From: Cyanobacteria bacterium P01_F01_bin.150
Lineage (GTDB): Bacteria > Cyanobacteriota > Cyanobacteriia > CAKZMO01
DNA length: 64,000 nt
Assembly (NCBI GenBank): GCA_039189765.1
Contig: JBCCYL010000005.1
Span: 32,001-96,000 of the forward strand
Direction: 5' to 3'
Shown here: positions 30,301 to 40,700 of the stretch, one piece after another
Position numbering within the stretch: position 1 is the first letter of the stretch
How the letters are laid out: every line of letters begins with the position of its first letter
Program-made: the position numbers and the translations under genes
Notes under the pieces: generated by a model
Seen by the model: only the letters and a program-made list of their open reading frames with translations
The model's database searches: none
What the model was told of the DNA's origin: nothing

Positions 30301-31830
30301 CTGCTCATGGGTATTACGAACTCTCCAACTATTTGTACCCCGCTCCACCGCTTCCCAGATCCCAACGGTTAACCCTGAACCCGTCAAGTTCAAACCAAGG
30401 GAACCACCGGGCTGGAGTTGCTCTGTATTAGTTGTATCTGCAGCCCTAATATTAGTGGGTCTAACAATATTCAAATCATCCGGATGAATACCCTCTCCCA
30501 GGAACCAAACGCCTTCACTGACTTGAATCGGTTCATCTTGCAACCCTAAATCATCTTCTAGGCTAATGGCTTCATCTTCAGGACTGTCTTCCTTTGGAGG
30601 GGTAATTTCAGATCCATCGTCTGGGCTGCCGTCATCTGGGCTGCCGTCATCTGGGGGGTTATTCTCAGATCCATCATCAGGGCTACCGTCATCTGGGGGG
30701 TTATTCTCAGATCCATCATCAGGATTACAGTGCTCTGGGGGGCTATTTTCAGATCCATCATCAGGACTACCGTCCTCTGGAGGGCTATTTTCAGAATTAT
30801 CAATAAGACTGTCGATGTCCACTGTATTGAAATCAACGCCTTTGAGAACGACTAATGATTTCCATTTCTGCCGATCGCCGACTCCATCCACATCGACCTG
30901 TACCACTGTCCGCTTACTTGAGCCTTTAATCCTTACAAAGTCATCAAAAGGAGTATCAGAACGAAAGCGATCGCCCTTAAGAACTCGCGACATATCTAAA
31001 ACATCAGTCCCAACCTCAAAATCAAGAATGACATCAGGTCTATCTTTGAGGTCAGACCGTTTGAATAGGAACGTATCATTACCCAGCCCCCCTCGATGCT
31101 TATCACGGCCCCGACCACCAATGAGTAAGTCATCACCACCTTTACCAATCAATCTATCGTTACCCTTACGTCCTTTCAAAATGTCATCGCCATCTCCACC
31201 AACTAACCTATCGTTACCTTTACTGCCCTTAAGAACAGCATTATCATCACCCCCCCCATCCTTGGGTGGGCTAGACTCGCACCCATCAGTGGGAGGTTCA
31301 ACGATTTGTGAATCTATGATGTTGGCAATGGCAAAGTTGTCCAGAGCAATTTCTTCATTATCCACACCACCGATTTCTGGCCCTTCGGTAACCCTGATTC
31401 GACTAATGGGGGTATCTGCGATAAGGCCAAAGAAAATAGGGTCTGACTCAGTGGCATTAGAGGGGAAAATATTGATTGATGTGGTATCGCCATCGGCAAA
31501 CGTGACATCCACAACAGCGGGGCCTGGCGTATTCGGGTCAAAGGAGGCAATGTCGAAACCGACTGCATTATAAAGTTGGCTGAAGTTAACTTCGTAAAAG
31601 GAATCTTCAGAGACTGAGGCACGATCTAAACCAAATAGACTTGTTCCATCAGACCCTCCAAAAGCAACCAGTCGGGGAAGATTTGAAGTGGCTGTTACCC
31701 CTGGCAAGAATTCAACACCCTCTAAGTTAGAGTTACGTGAGAATCCTTCAAAATCCTGTTCAAAAACAGATTCTAATCCTAATGTGTTGGCATAGGAAAT
31801 GCGATCATTGAATACATTAAATACTGACAT
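27307..31830 (-). CDS. S8 subtilase with RTX Ca-binding repeats and C-terminal FG-GAP (integrin-like beta-propeller) repeats
   Basis: GG.GDD.L.G nonamers; HATHVAGT, SAGN, GR.KPD.VA.G, GTSMAAP; seven GDF...GFDDL..G.P.E repeats. Confidence 0.93.
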   Translation of the reverse strand: MSVFNVFNDRISYANTLGLESVFEQDFEGFSRNSNLEGVEFLPGVTATSNLPRLVAFGGSDGTSLFGLDRASVSEDSFYEVNFSQLYNAVGFDIASFDPNTPGPAVVDVTFADGDTTSINIFPSNATESDPIFFGLIADTPISRIRVTEGPEIGGVDNEEIALDNFAIANIIDSQIVEPPTDGCESSPPKDGGGDDNAVLKGSKGNDRLVGGDGDDILKGRKGNDRLIGKGGDDLLIGGRGRDKHRGGLGNDTFLFKRSDLKDRPDVILDFEVGTDVLDMSRVLKGDRFRSDTPFDDFVRIKGSSKRTVVQVDVDGVGDRQKWKSLVVLKGVDFNTVDIDSLIDNSENSPPEDGSPDDGSENSPPEHCNPDDGSENNPPDDGSPDDGSENNPPDDGSPDDGSPDDGSEITPPKEDSPEDEAISLEDDLGLQDEPIQVSEGVWFLGEGIHPDDLNIVRPTNIRAADTTNTEQLQPGGSLGLNLTGSGLTVGIWEAVERGTNSWRVRNTHEQLNGRVNIVDSGTGFSNHATHVAGTIGGTGAIATNPSTDDNNARGMATQVNLRSYSAGDDIAELNRDARLLDASNHSYGFAQGWQFATRQTTTNGSIVSNIDVWLQDYSISSREDVDYGKYNAISQSLDQVLFSNPNLLSVWSAGNERNDRLSPRRTTFVTFFSSDPNIPGVNWRRFGAGWYQVPTALVTAPGSDGNAGTGYDSISDFSTAKNNLVVGAINDIQRDPYTNRDVVITSFSSWGPTDDGRVKPDVVANGSGLLSSVGTSDTTYGTSSGTSMAAPNVTGTAVLLIEHYQNLFGTKPRSATTKGLLTHTAFDAGNVGPDYTFGWGVVDATAAANFLTNAVNSDLSNNGELISGNSDFISERTYSGSIETFEVASDGSNPLKATIVWTDPAGTPQGRGLDVNTPVLVNDLDMIIVETKANGSTSRWNPWTLDPSNPNAAAVRTTRNRVDNIEQVVIDNPNPSSTYDIVIGGPRGVTQNYTLLVSGHSPRLTSQNSQLWNQDRLNLTSEEGDGFGSSLTSGDFNNDGFDDLVVGVPGEDFSSLLRAGEVNVIYGSNSGLTSSRRQQWSQNSPGIADSAESGEFFGSELTTGDFDGDGFDDLVVGIPEEDIGSIANGGGANVIYGSIFGLSSFENQFWSQDSPGIQDAAERDPAPDGEFSLGGDYFGRALASGDFDNDGFDDLAVGVPGEDLDAGAVNVIFGSSNGLTATGNQLWSQDSVGILNGKNEDDEFGSVLAAGDFDNDGFEDLAISVPGEDIGSVANAGAVSVIYGSSNGLTATGNQLWSQNSFGILETAEFSDRFGEALAVGDFDNDGFDDLAIGVADEDINGSNSIAAEGGVHIIYGASDGLTATGNQFWSQNTAGIQDTAEFRDDFGSDLVVGDFNGDGYDDLSIGAPGENTNAGQAHIIYGSPDGLTRAGNQVWSQNSPGVEGISEGFVDNGRVSGDVFAAGLGAGDFNGNGAFDLAIGAPRENFATPPGLGVGEGTVNVLYGVS
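30595..30800 (-). repeat. Coding tandem repeat PDDGS/ENNP (15 and 45 bp units)
   Basis: Repeated tcagatccatc units in the protease linker. Confidence 0.85.
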
Positions 31831-31912
31831 TTATTAGTCTCCTGAAAGTTCTTTGTTTTTCCTAATAACAAACTTTTTGAAGATCGGGTTCTGTAGAGTG
31901 AAACGATCCAGG

Positions 31913-32090
31913 CCTGGTTGACTGACAAAACGTTGCCCCGTGGCAGTTAGAAACTGCGGCTATATAAACAAAACCCGCCTACGCGGGTTACCAGAACCCT
32001 TGATATACATAGTCCACGAAGGTGGACTTCGTTTGTGTAGCCGCAATTTCTAATTGCCAGGGTGATGAACGCTTTTGTCAGTCAATCAGG
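31913..32090. mobile_element. 178-bp MITE-like element with 18-bp TIRs and internal palindromes
   Basis: CCTGGTTGACTGACAAAA / TTTTGTCAGTCAATCAGG; inner IR TGGCAGTTAGAAACTGCGGCTA / TAGCCGCAATTTCTAATTGCCA; small hairpins ACCCGC..GCGGGT and AGTCCAC..GTGGACT. Confidence 0.8.
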
Positions 32091-32322
32091 TTCCAACCCC
32101 CTAATCAACTATTGTGTATCTACTGGATATTAGGTAGAAAACTATACCAAATATGCATGATTGGCTGTTGCAGTTAAGAAGGGCTAAGCTTTTAATGGAT
32201 TTCTAATGACAAGTATCAAGATTAGAAAATAAGTTTTTTAGTGATATCAATGAACGAGAACTGGGTGTCTAAAGCTTCTCAATAGTCATCAAGAAAATCA
32301 CATTAAAATGACCTGTCTCTTA

Positions 32323-32823
32323 CTATTCACTTAAACAACCACTGTCAGGCAATGCTCTATTGGCGGCCCATTCATAAACCCTTTCTCCAATATTTAATGT
32401 GCGGCTTAAACTGACATTGGAAACTCTTAAATCTGTGTAGCATACTTCACGCTCAGGTAAATTAAAGGAGTCGATAGTGCTACGAAGAGTAATCGTACCG
32501 TGAGCATTTTGTCGAATTTTACGTTTGAGGGTGGCATCTAATTCAATAGTCAGTTCACAGGCTTGAAATGAGACCGATTCAACCTGATTAATAATCAATT
32601 TTTTACGCTTACTGATGCGATGACTTTCTCCAGAAACTCTTTCGTTAACCTGAGCAAGGATTTCAGCATCTAGACTATTTCCAAGATTTTCGACGATAGA
32701 GCAATCGAGGGATTTTTGGGCTAATGATGTCGATGGTTGAGGATGGGCGATCGCACTCTCTAGACTAACCATAAGCAAACTAGCCGTAGTCAAGGCTGAT
32801 AGAATTTTCTTCATGGGTTTCAT
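32323..32823 (-). CDS. Hypothetical secreted protein
   Basis: Signal peptide MKKILSALTTASLL..AIA; four Cys; co-oriented 70 bp after TpsB. Confidence 0.7.
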   Translation of the reverse strand: MKPMKKILSALTTASLLMVSLESAIAHPQPSTSLAQKSLDCSIVENLGNSLDAEILAQVNERVSGESHRISKRKKLIINQVESVSFQACELTIELDATLKRKIRQNAHGTITLRSTIDSFNLPEREVCYTDLRVSNVSLSRTLNIGERVYEWAANRALPDSGCLSE

Positions 32824-32893
32824 CCTTCTAAAACAGTGACTTCGTTGGTCTACTGAACATTAGGTTGAGCCTCTTCAAAATATGCACACTCGG

Positions 32894-34744
32894 CTAACGC
32901 CCATAGCGCAAATTAAAATAAATTCCTGAATCCTGGAGATTGTCTCCTTTATTTTCCCAGTCCACCAAGGGAATTCCCAAATCAACCCGAAGCTTGAGGC
33001 CGTCCTGGCCCAACACCTGATCAAAAATCAGTCCAAACCCAGTACCACTCAGTAGAGTCGTCCCCGTCAACTCATTGGGATTATTGCCTGAATTCCACAC
33101 TGCCCCTACATCCCAAAAGGGCGCAAGTTGAATAATTGGAGCTCCGGTGGAGTTGCGATTAACCGTGATGCGATCTTCTATGGAAAAGCGTAGGCCGTTG
33201 TCTCCCGATCGCGCATTTTGCCGATATCCCCGTGTAGACTGGCCGCCCCCGATAATAAAACGCTGAGCGGGCAATAAACTATCGGGAGTTAACTGTAGCT
33301 CTCCTTGAATCAATAGGAGATGGTCTTGACTAAGTTGCTGTACCCGTTGTGCTTGGCCCAGCCAACTAAAGAAGTGACCATCAGGGATGGGTTCATCGTT
33401 GGTTGTTGCATCAAATAGCCCTGTGCCAAAGTCAAATTGCGATCGCACCGACCACGCGCCCCGAGAATCTCGCCTGATATAGTCTTGCCCAAAGTTGAGG
33501 ATGCTAGTGCGGCTAAAGGCATCTTCATCAGGTCCAATACCGAAAGGAAAGGAGAGATCGCCAATAAAGGTTTGACCAGACTGATATTTAAACCCCGCTG
33601 ACAGTGCTAATTCTTCTCGGGGCGATCGCACCAAGGGTTGTCGATAGGTTATTTCGTATAGCTCTTGCTCGCCTCGAATATTAAGGTCAATAAACTCCGG
33701 GTCAGTAATATTGAAATTATTGGGAGCAGCCCGTAGTTGAACTGCGCCGTTCATCGCATTGACAGGAATACGATACAGCACATTGTAATTTTCTGCTCCA
33801 CTAGTCGTTGATCGAAGATAGGAAGCAGACAACTCATCTCCATTGCCGGTGAGATTGCGATGGCTCAGGGTCAAACTCACCCTTTCTGACCCCACACTAG
33901 GGGGAGAATAGTTATCAGTACTAAATCCATAGCTAAATGGATTAGCCTCTATAACTCGCACAATAAGCTTACTTTTGCCCTGTTCTCCCGTTGGCTGCAA
34001 ACTGGCTTCAACACTGGCGAAGAGGGGATCGGAGCGTAGCAATCGCAGTTGGTTTTCCAGCCTGGTGCTATTAAATGGAATAGTTGTCCCCAACTGGATG
34101 CGATTCCTGATATAGGACTCTCGAACCCTGAATGACCCCCTAGAAGAATCATCGTTAATGGCATTCGCTAAATTTGCAGTCTCGCTACCCTCACCGTCAC
34201 TGATCTCACCGTCACTGATCTCACCATCGCTGCTCGCACCGTCGCTAATCTCATCATCGTTAGCCTCGTCGTTGTTGCGCTCTTCGGTGGATGTTGGCAG
34301 TTCAATGGGGATAATCTCAATCTCAGTAATCTCTCCCTCAAAAATTTTAATCGTCAAAATACCATCTTGACCAATGGTTGCGCTGGCGACAGGTACGGCA
34401 CGAGTCGTGACATAGCCTCGATTGAGATATAGTTGAGTGATTTCATCCGCAACCTGGCGAATCTTTTCAACGGTTAAATCCTGATTTTCAAACGGTGCTA
34501 GAATCTCGGCCCAATCGTCATCATCAAAAACGGTACTGCCAACAACGTTAATCTGCTGAACTCGAACGGATGGTTCAGCGTTTTGTGGATTATTATCAGA
34601 TTCGTCTGCAACTTCAGAAGAAGAGGAAGACGGTAACTGTGCCATAAATTGACCCCACACAGATTGGTTCAAGTCATGGACAGCAAATCCAAGTAGAACA
34701 GTGAGGGCCGGAACAATAGATACACAGCGGAACACGTTACTCAT
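32894..34744 (-). CDS. ShlB/FhaC/HecB family TpsB outer-membrane transporter (ORF open from 34768)
   Basis: POTRA motifs V.GSTVF and ITQLYL.RGYVTTRA; DNYSPPSVGSER; IGGGQSTRGYRQN; LQDSGIYF. Confidence 0.95.
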   Translation of the reverse strand: MSNVFRCVSIVPALTVLLGFAVHDLNQSVWGQFMAQLPSSSSSEVADESDNNPQNAEPSVRVQQINVVGSTVFDDDDWAEILAPFENQDLTVEKIRQVADEITQLYLNRGYVTTRAVPVASATIGQDGILTIKIFEGEITEIEIIPIELPTSTEERNNDEANDDEISDGASSDGEISDGEISDGEGSETANLANAINDDSSRGSFRVRESYIRNRIQLGTTIPFNSTRLENQLRLLRSDPLFASVEASLQPTGEQGKSKLIVRVIEANPFSYGFSTDNYSPPSVGSERVSLTLSHRNLTGNGDELSASYLRSTTSGAENYNVLYRIPVNAMNGAVQLRAAPNNFNITDPEFIDLNIRGEQELYEITYRQPLVRSPREELALSAGFKYQSGQTFIGDLSFPFGIGPDEDAFSRTSILNFGQDYIRRDSRGAWSVRSQFDFGTGLFDATTNDEPIPDGHFFSWLGQAQRVQQLSQDHLLLIQGELQLTPDSLLPAQRFIIGGGQSTRGYRQNARSGDNGLRFSIEDRITVNRNSTGAPIIQLAPFWDVGAVWNSGNNPNELTGTTLLSGTGFGLIFDQVLGQDGLKLRVDLGIPLVDWENKGDNLQDSGIYFNLRYGR

Positions 34745-34789
34745 AATAGTCTGAGGCGAAATTATCAAGGCAAAATTATCAAGGCAAAA

Positions 34790-37700
34790 TTACCAGGGAT
34801 TACCGATCATGGTAAAGGCAGACCAGTAGAAGGGGTGACTGAGATTCGGATCTCCAATGCTTTCCGAAAGCTCAGAGGGGATATCTAGCTCCAGGCCTGG
34901 TAGACTTAGCCTTCCCTCTCCATAGGAGACATCCCCCCGTAACATCGCAATTTGGGTAAGGCGAAGGGCTTCAGCTTTTAGCTCTGCTTGATTAAGTTGG
35001 CGATAAAATTCCGCCATAAGGGCTAAGGTTCCAGCATCATCTACGTACCAAAGGCTGGCCATGGCGGATTTAACTCCGGCTTGAGCTGCCAACCCTGCAA
35101 AGCCCAGCTCAGCTTCCCGATCGCCCACTGCGGTACGACAGGCACTCAGCACCAGCAGCTTAACAGGGGGATCGTTCCAACCCAATTCACGCACTTCGTC
35201 GAGTCCCAGCTTTTCATCCCAGAGTTGGATAAAGGAGTTTTCCACATCCCCCGCTCGGAAATCTCCATGGGTGGAAAGATGAACAATACCATAGGGATTC
35301 GCTTGGCGTTCTTCAATCAGTTTTTCTCGGGTAAAATCCTCATTAAGGAAAGAGTTTCCTTGCCACAAACTATCGGTTAAGACAGAGACTTCAACGGGGG
35401 CAGACTGCAAGTCTGATAGCTTGTCATCGCCAGGAAAGGTTGATGCTCCCATCGCTAAGACTTGAGCATCTTGCAGATCGACCAAACGAGTATCGGTGAG
35501 ACTTAAGCTAGGCATTAAGCCCGTGCTGTATTGTTCTATCAGATATTGCTCCCCATCGTGGAGGGCCGCAAAGGGCAAAGAACGCAGCCCTTCATCGGCA
35601 ATAAAGACCAGGTTTTCCACGGCTTCTGCGTCCAGGTCTGCCTGTAGGGGCGTAATCAACCATTCGTACAGTTGCTGAGCAGCCGGGAGAAAGCTTAAAC
35701 GGCCTCTTCGGACATCGATCTGGTCCTTGATTTTGGCATGGAACGTATCGACGACCGCTAAGACGTTTTCACGGGTAGCTCCAGGGACTCGGTAGCGGAC
35801 GGGTTGTCCATCTGGCGTGACCAAAACAAGTTCTAGTTCATCCCCCAGCCCCTCTTCATCAACGGATACGACAGATTCATTATCGGCATTGGTGGTAATA
35901 TCGACATTGAATTCTACGGGGACAAAGTTGGCATAAATTACGGCGGGGCGAATGCCAGAGATATCGGCGATTTCTCCCAAGGCATCACAGGTATCTACTA
36001 GGCTTTGGCCTCCGACACCCGATGACTGGCCCAGGTATTCTTCAAATTCACGGGTGTACTTTTCATCAATATCGGCAACTCCAGTATCAATGGGCGCACA
36101 TAAGCCTTCTGTTTGGATTGGGGGGATGGGCGGATTGGGGGGCGGCTCAGGGGGGCCAGGGGGTTCAGGAACGGAAATAAGTTGAATATTCGGATTTTCA
36201 GTGTAGGTAAAGGGATATTCCCGAAAGTCTAGACTCGCTTCGCCTGTGGCAATCCCTCCGGCGGTGCCGTTGACCCCAGCATCACCCACAATAAATGGAA
36301 TATCGCTGTCTCCACCATGGCGGATGGTGACTGAATCTCCGGTGCCGTTGGCTCCCCCAGTGGTGGCAATACTGTTGCCGCTGGGATTCCTGGCGGTTTG
36401 GGTACCGGGAATAATGCCTGTGGCCCGGAAGAATCGTTCGGTGGTGATATCCACGGTGCCGCCGCCTGCGGTGCCACGGGCATCAATAAATTCCACTTCA
36501 ATATCATTTTCAGGATCGAGAAATACATCTCCGCCTTGTCCTGCTAAACTTTCGGTGTCGATCGCCCCTGTAGTAATGGAGGTGATGGCCTGAATGGTGA
36601 CATCGCCCCCATCGGTTCCTTCAGTAATGATGTCATTGACGGTTACGATGCCGTTGCTAATTAGGCTAACGGGACCACCTGGACCAGCAACCGAAGATGT
36701 ATTGAGGGTGCTGTTTTCAGCCTGGATATTTTGGTTTTGGCTGGTGAGGGCGATCGCCCCTGCATTAATATCACCACTAACGGTTAAATTACCGTTGGTA
36801 GTGGCAGTAAAGGTTCCACCCACCAAAGACTGCCCAAGGGTTGCAATATCGGCGGTTAAAGTAGCGTTGCCATTATCCCCCGTCGTGTTCAGGCTAATGG
36901 TCCCTGTGGCAGTAGTTTGATCTAAAGCAATATCAGCATCGGGTGCAGCGGTGATAAAAGTGCTATTGCCGCCAACAGTAACGACATCGTTATCAGTGAT
37001 ATTGCCTGCGGTAGCGGTGACCGTTAAATCACCGCCCACAGTGGAAAGGCCAAAGATGAGGTCAGTAGCATTAGTAATTTGGACATCCGCATCGTTTCCT
37101 GTGGTGTTGGTGCTAACCGTTCCAAAAGCATTGAGCTGATCCAGTTGAATACCAGCGTTGGTTTTAGCGGTCGTAAAGGTACTATTGCCCCCTACGGTAA
37201 CGGTATCGCTATCGGTGATACTACCTGTAGTGGCCGTGGCCGTTAAATCACCGCTCACGCTAGAAGGACCAAGGGTGAGGTCGGCGGCATTGGTAATTTG
37301 GCCATTCCCATCCCCTGTAGTATTGATGCTAATCGCTCCATCAGTGTTGAGCTGATCAAGTTGAATATCGGCGTTAGTTTCAGCGGTCGTAAAGGTGCTA
37401 TCGCCCTCGACGGTAACGGTATCGCTATCGGTAATATCGCCAGTGGTGGCAGTGGCGGTTAAATCACCGTCCACGCTAGAAGAACCAAAGGTGATGCCGT
37501 TGGCATTGGTGATTTGGACATCCCCATTGTTCCCTGTAGCGTTAGCGCTAATCGTTCCAGAGACATTGAGCTGATCCAGTTGAATATCAGCGTTGGGTTC
37601 AGTGGTGGTAAAGGTGCTATCGCCCCCTACCGTAACGATATCGCTATCGGTAATACTGCCCGTAGTCGCAGTGGCCGTTAGATCCCCGCCCACAGAAGAA

Positions 37701-40700
37701 GAACCAAAGTTGATGGCATTGACATTGGTGATTTGGACATCCGCGTTATTTCCTGTGGTGTTGGTGCTAATCGTTCCAGAGGCATTGAGCTGATCTAGTT
37801 GAATATCAGCGTTGGTTTCAGTGGTGGTAAAGGTGCTATCGCCCCCTACCGTAACGGTATCGCTATCGGTGATACCGCCTGTGGTAGCAGTGGCGGTTAG
37901 ATCACCTTCCACATTAGAAGCACCAAGGGTGAGGTCATTAGCATTAGTAATTTGAACATCCCCATTATCGCCTGTGGTATTGGTGCTAATGGCTCCGGAA
38001 GTATTGAGCTGGTCAAGTTGAATATCGGCGTTAGTTTCAGCAGTAGTAAAGGTGCCATCGCCCCCCACGGTAAGAGCATCGCTATCGGTAATACTGCCTG
38101 TAGTAGCAGTGGCAGTTAGATCACCTCCCACAGTAGAAGGACCAAAGTTGATGGCATTAGCATTGGTGATTTGAACATCTGCATTGTTCCCTGTGGTGTT
38201 GGTGCTGATGGTCCCAGCAATGTTGAATTGGTCGAGTTGAATATCGGCGTTGGGTTCAGTGGTCGTAAAGGTGCTGTCGCCCCCTACGGTAACGGTATCG
38301 CTATCGGTGATACTGCCTGTAGTAGCAGTGGCAGTTAAATCACCGCCCACTGTGGAAGTGCCAAGGGTAAGGTCGTTAGAATTGGTAATCTGAACATCCC
38401 CATTGTTCCCTGTGGTGTTGGTACTGATGGTCCCAGTAGTATTGAGCTGGTCGAGTTGAATATCGGCATTAGTTTCAGTGGTCGTAAAGGTGCTGTTACC
38501 ACCGACGGTGACAGTGTCGCTATCGGTAATATTGCCTGTGGTGGCAGTGGCGGTTAAATCCCCACCTACAGTGGAAGACCCAAAGGTGAGGTCATTGGCA
38601 TTGGTAATTTGGACATCCGCGTTGTTCCCTGTGGTGTTGGTGCTAATTGTTCCAGAGACATTGAGCTGGGCGAGTTGAATATCGGCGTTAGCTTCAGTGG
38701 TTGTAAAGGTGCTATCGCCTCCCACGGTAATGGGTCCTGTATCGGTAATATTGCCAGTGGTTGTGGTAATGCCAACATCACCAGACACGTTGGCTTCTTC
38801 CAGCTCCAATCCAATCGTATTTTCAAGCTGAAGATCTCCAATAACGGCTTCAACGGCAACGGTTCCGGTAGTGGTGATCAAAGGGTTATCGGCTGTGCCG
38901 ACCGAACCTGAGCTGTTGATCGTGACTAAGCCAGTGCTACCCACATCTATATCGGTGTCATTGGTGCCACTGGTGACACCACCTGTATTAAGGGTCACGG
39001 AGCTACCTTCCCCCAGGGTCAGCGTGTTGTCAAAACTAACGGTATCCCCTTGGAGCGTAAGGTCAGATGTGGTGGCACTTAAATCGATATTGTCACTAAC
39101 AACGATGGGTTCAGAACCGCCAGCACGCCCAATAGTTAAGCGATTAAAGCCATCTAGCTGGTCAATTTCTTCAGCAGTAAGATTAAGGGCATTGGGGTCA
39201 TCAATTCCAGTATCTGCCTCCCCAAAAGCAATACCTTGAGTGGGGCTAAAAGGCTGGAGAGCTAGATCACTTCCGTTTGAGGTGACAGCATCACCCAAGT
39301 CAATTTCATCGGCAGATAGGGACAAATTATAGATATCCGTGGTCAGGGGATTGTTGAGGATGAGGCTCTCTTCTGCACTAATGCTGGTGTCTGCACCTAG
39401 GGTAAGGGGATTATCAAAGGTTTGCTCCTCCGAGAAGATAAATTCCCCTGACAGTTGGACTGGACCGCCGCTCTCGATCACGAATTCATCTAACGTGGCA
39501 ATAGTACCGATGCCATTAAGGGTGATAAGACTGTCACCGGAATCTAGCGTCAGGGTGTAGGTATTCGGTTCGCCCAACGGAGCATTAATTTCATCTCCAA
39601 AAGTGATTACGCCGCCATTACCATTACTACGAACCGTAATATCGTTGGTCACTGTAACTGGGCCACTAATGGTGATGGCGGCATTGGTGGTTTCAATATC
39701 ACCATTTAGGGTATTAGCGGGGCCAGTTAGCTCAACCACTCCCCCGTCAATCGTAGGATCGAGACCAGCAATATTGTCTGGATTATCGAAATTGGCGGTG
39801 GCATTGACATCGCCAACCGTAACAGTATCGTTGGCCTCAATACTAACCTGACCACTTCTAACAATGGGATCGGGTTCTGGCTCATCTGGTGCTAGAACCG
39901 AAGGGGTAATAGTGGCAGAAGAATCAACGATGTCATTAACAGTGATGGGGCCTTCGGTGGTCAGGGTGATATCCCCACCAAACGCCTGACGATTACTAGA
40001 AGCGGATGTATCAATGCTTTGTACCTCAATAGAACCCGCCGCTTCTATGGTGACAGCCCCACTTTGGAGACCTGCAATACCAGCAACACTTCTCAAGTCT
40101 GGATCAGGGGCTTGATCTGGTGGTGCTCCCCCTGGTAAGCCGCCATCCCCTGCATTATCAATAAAGTTGCTACTGTTAGTTTGAATAGTTCCTGTTTGAA
40201 CATTTCCTGAGTCAGAAATTATTCTGACATTAATTTCACCGGGAGTATTGGTACCATTACCGCCATTGCCACCCACTCCACCAGAGCCACCATTGCCAAC
40301 TTCTACACCAAAATCGCTACCATTACCGCCATTACCGCCATTACCACCCACACCACCAAATGTAAAAATATTTCCAGTTGTGATTCCACGCGAGCTATCT
40401 AAGTCAATAACTCCGCCATTTCCACCAACCCCACCATTTCCACCAGCACCACCATCTCCGCCATTACCCAAACCAGCATTAGCAACTCCACCATCTCCAC
40501 CAATTCCACCATCTCCACCAGGGCCACCATCTCCACCATCTGAAATAAGATTATCGACAATCAAATTTCCATCAGATATCAGTTCCAACACACCACCAGG
40601 GCCACCAGGACCACCGGGGCCACCAGGGCTACCAGGACCACCAGGGCCACCAGCAAGAAATTCATCACCAGGGCCACCAGGGCCACCAGGGCCACCAGGG

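Noticed and set aside
30566..31573. 335-aa + strand ORF and many similar short overlapping ORFs
   Set aside because: Antisense or alternate-frame shadows of long, motif-supported genes
34759..34792. 14-bp tandem duplication AAATTATCAAGGCA between TpsA::CHAT and TpsB
   Set aside because: Real, but probably simple slippage with no supportable function
36870..38770. DGR template/variable repeats or CRISPR
   Set aside because: Head-to-tail in-frame coding repeats, no reverse transcriptase in the window, differences not adenine-specific
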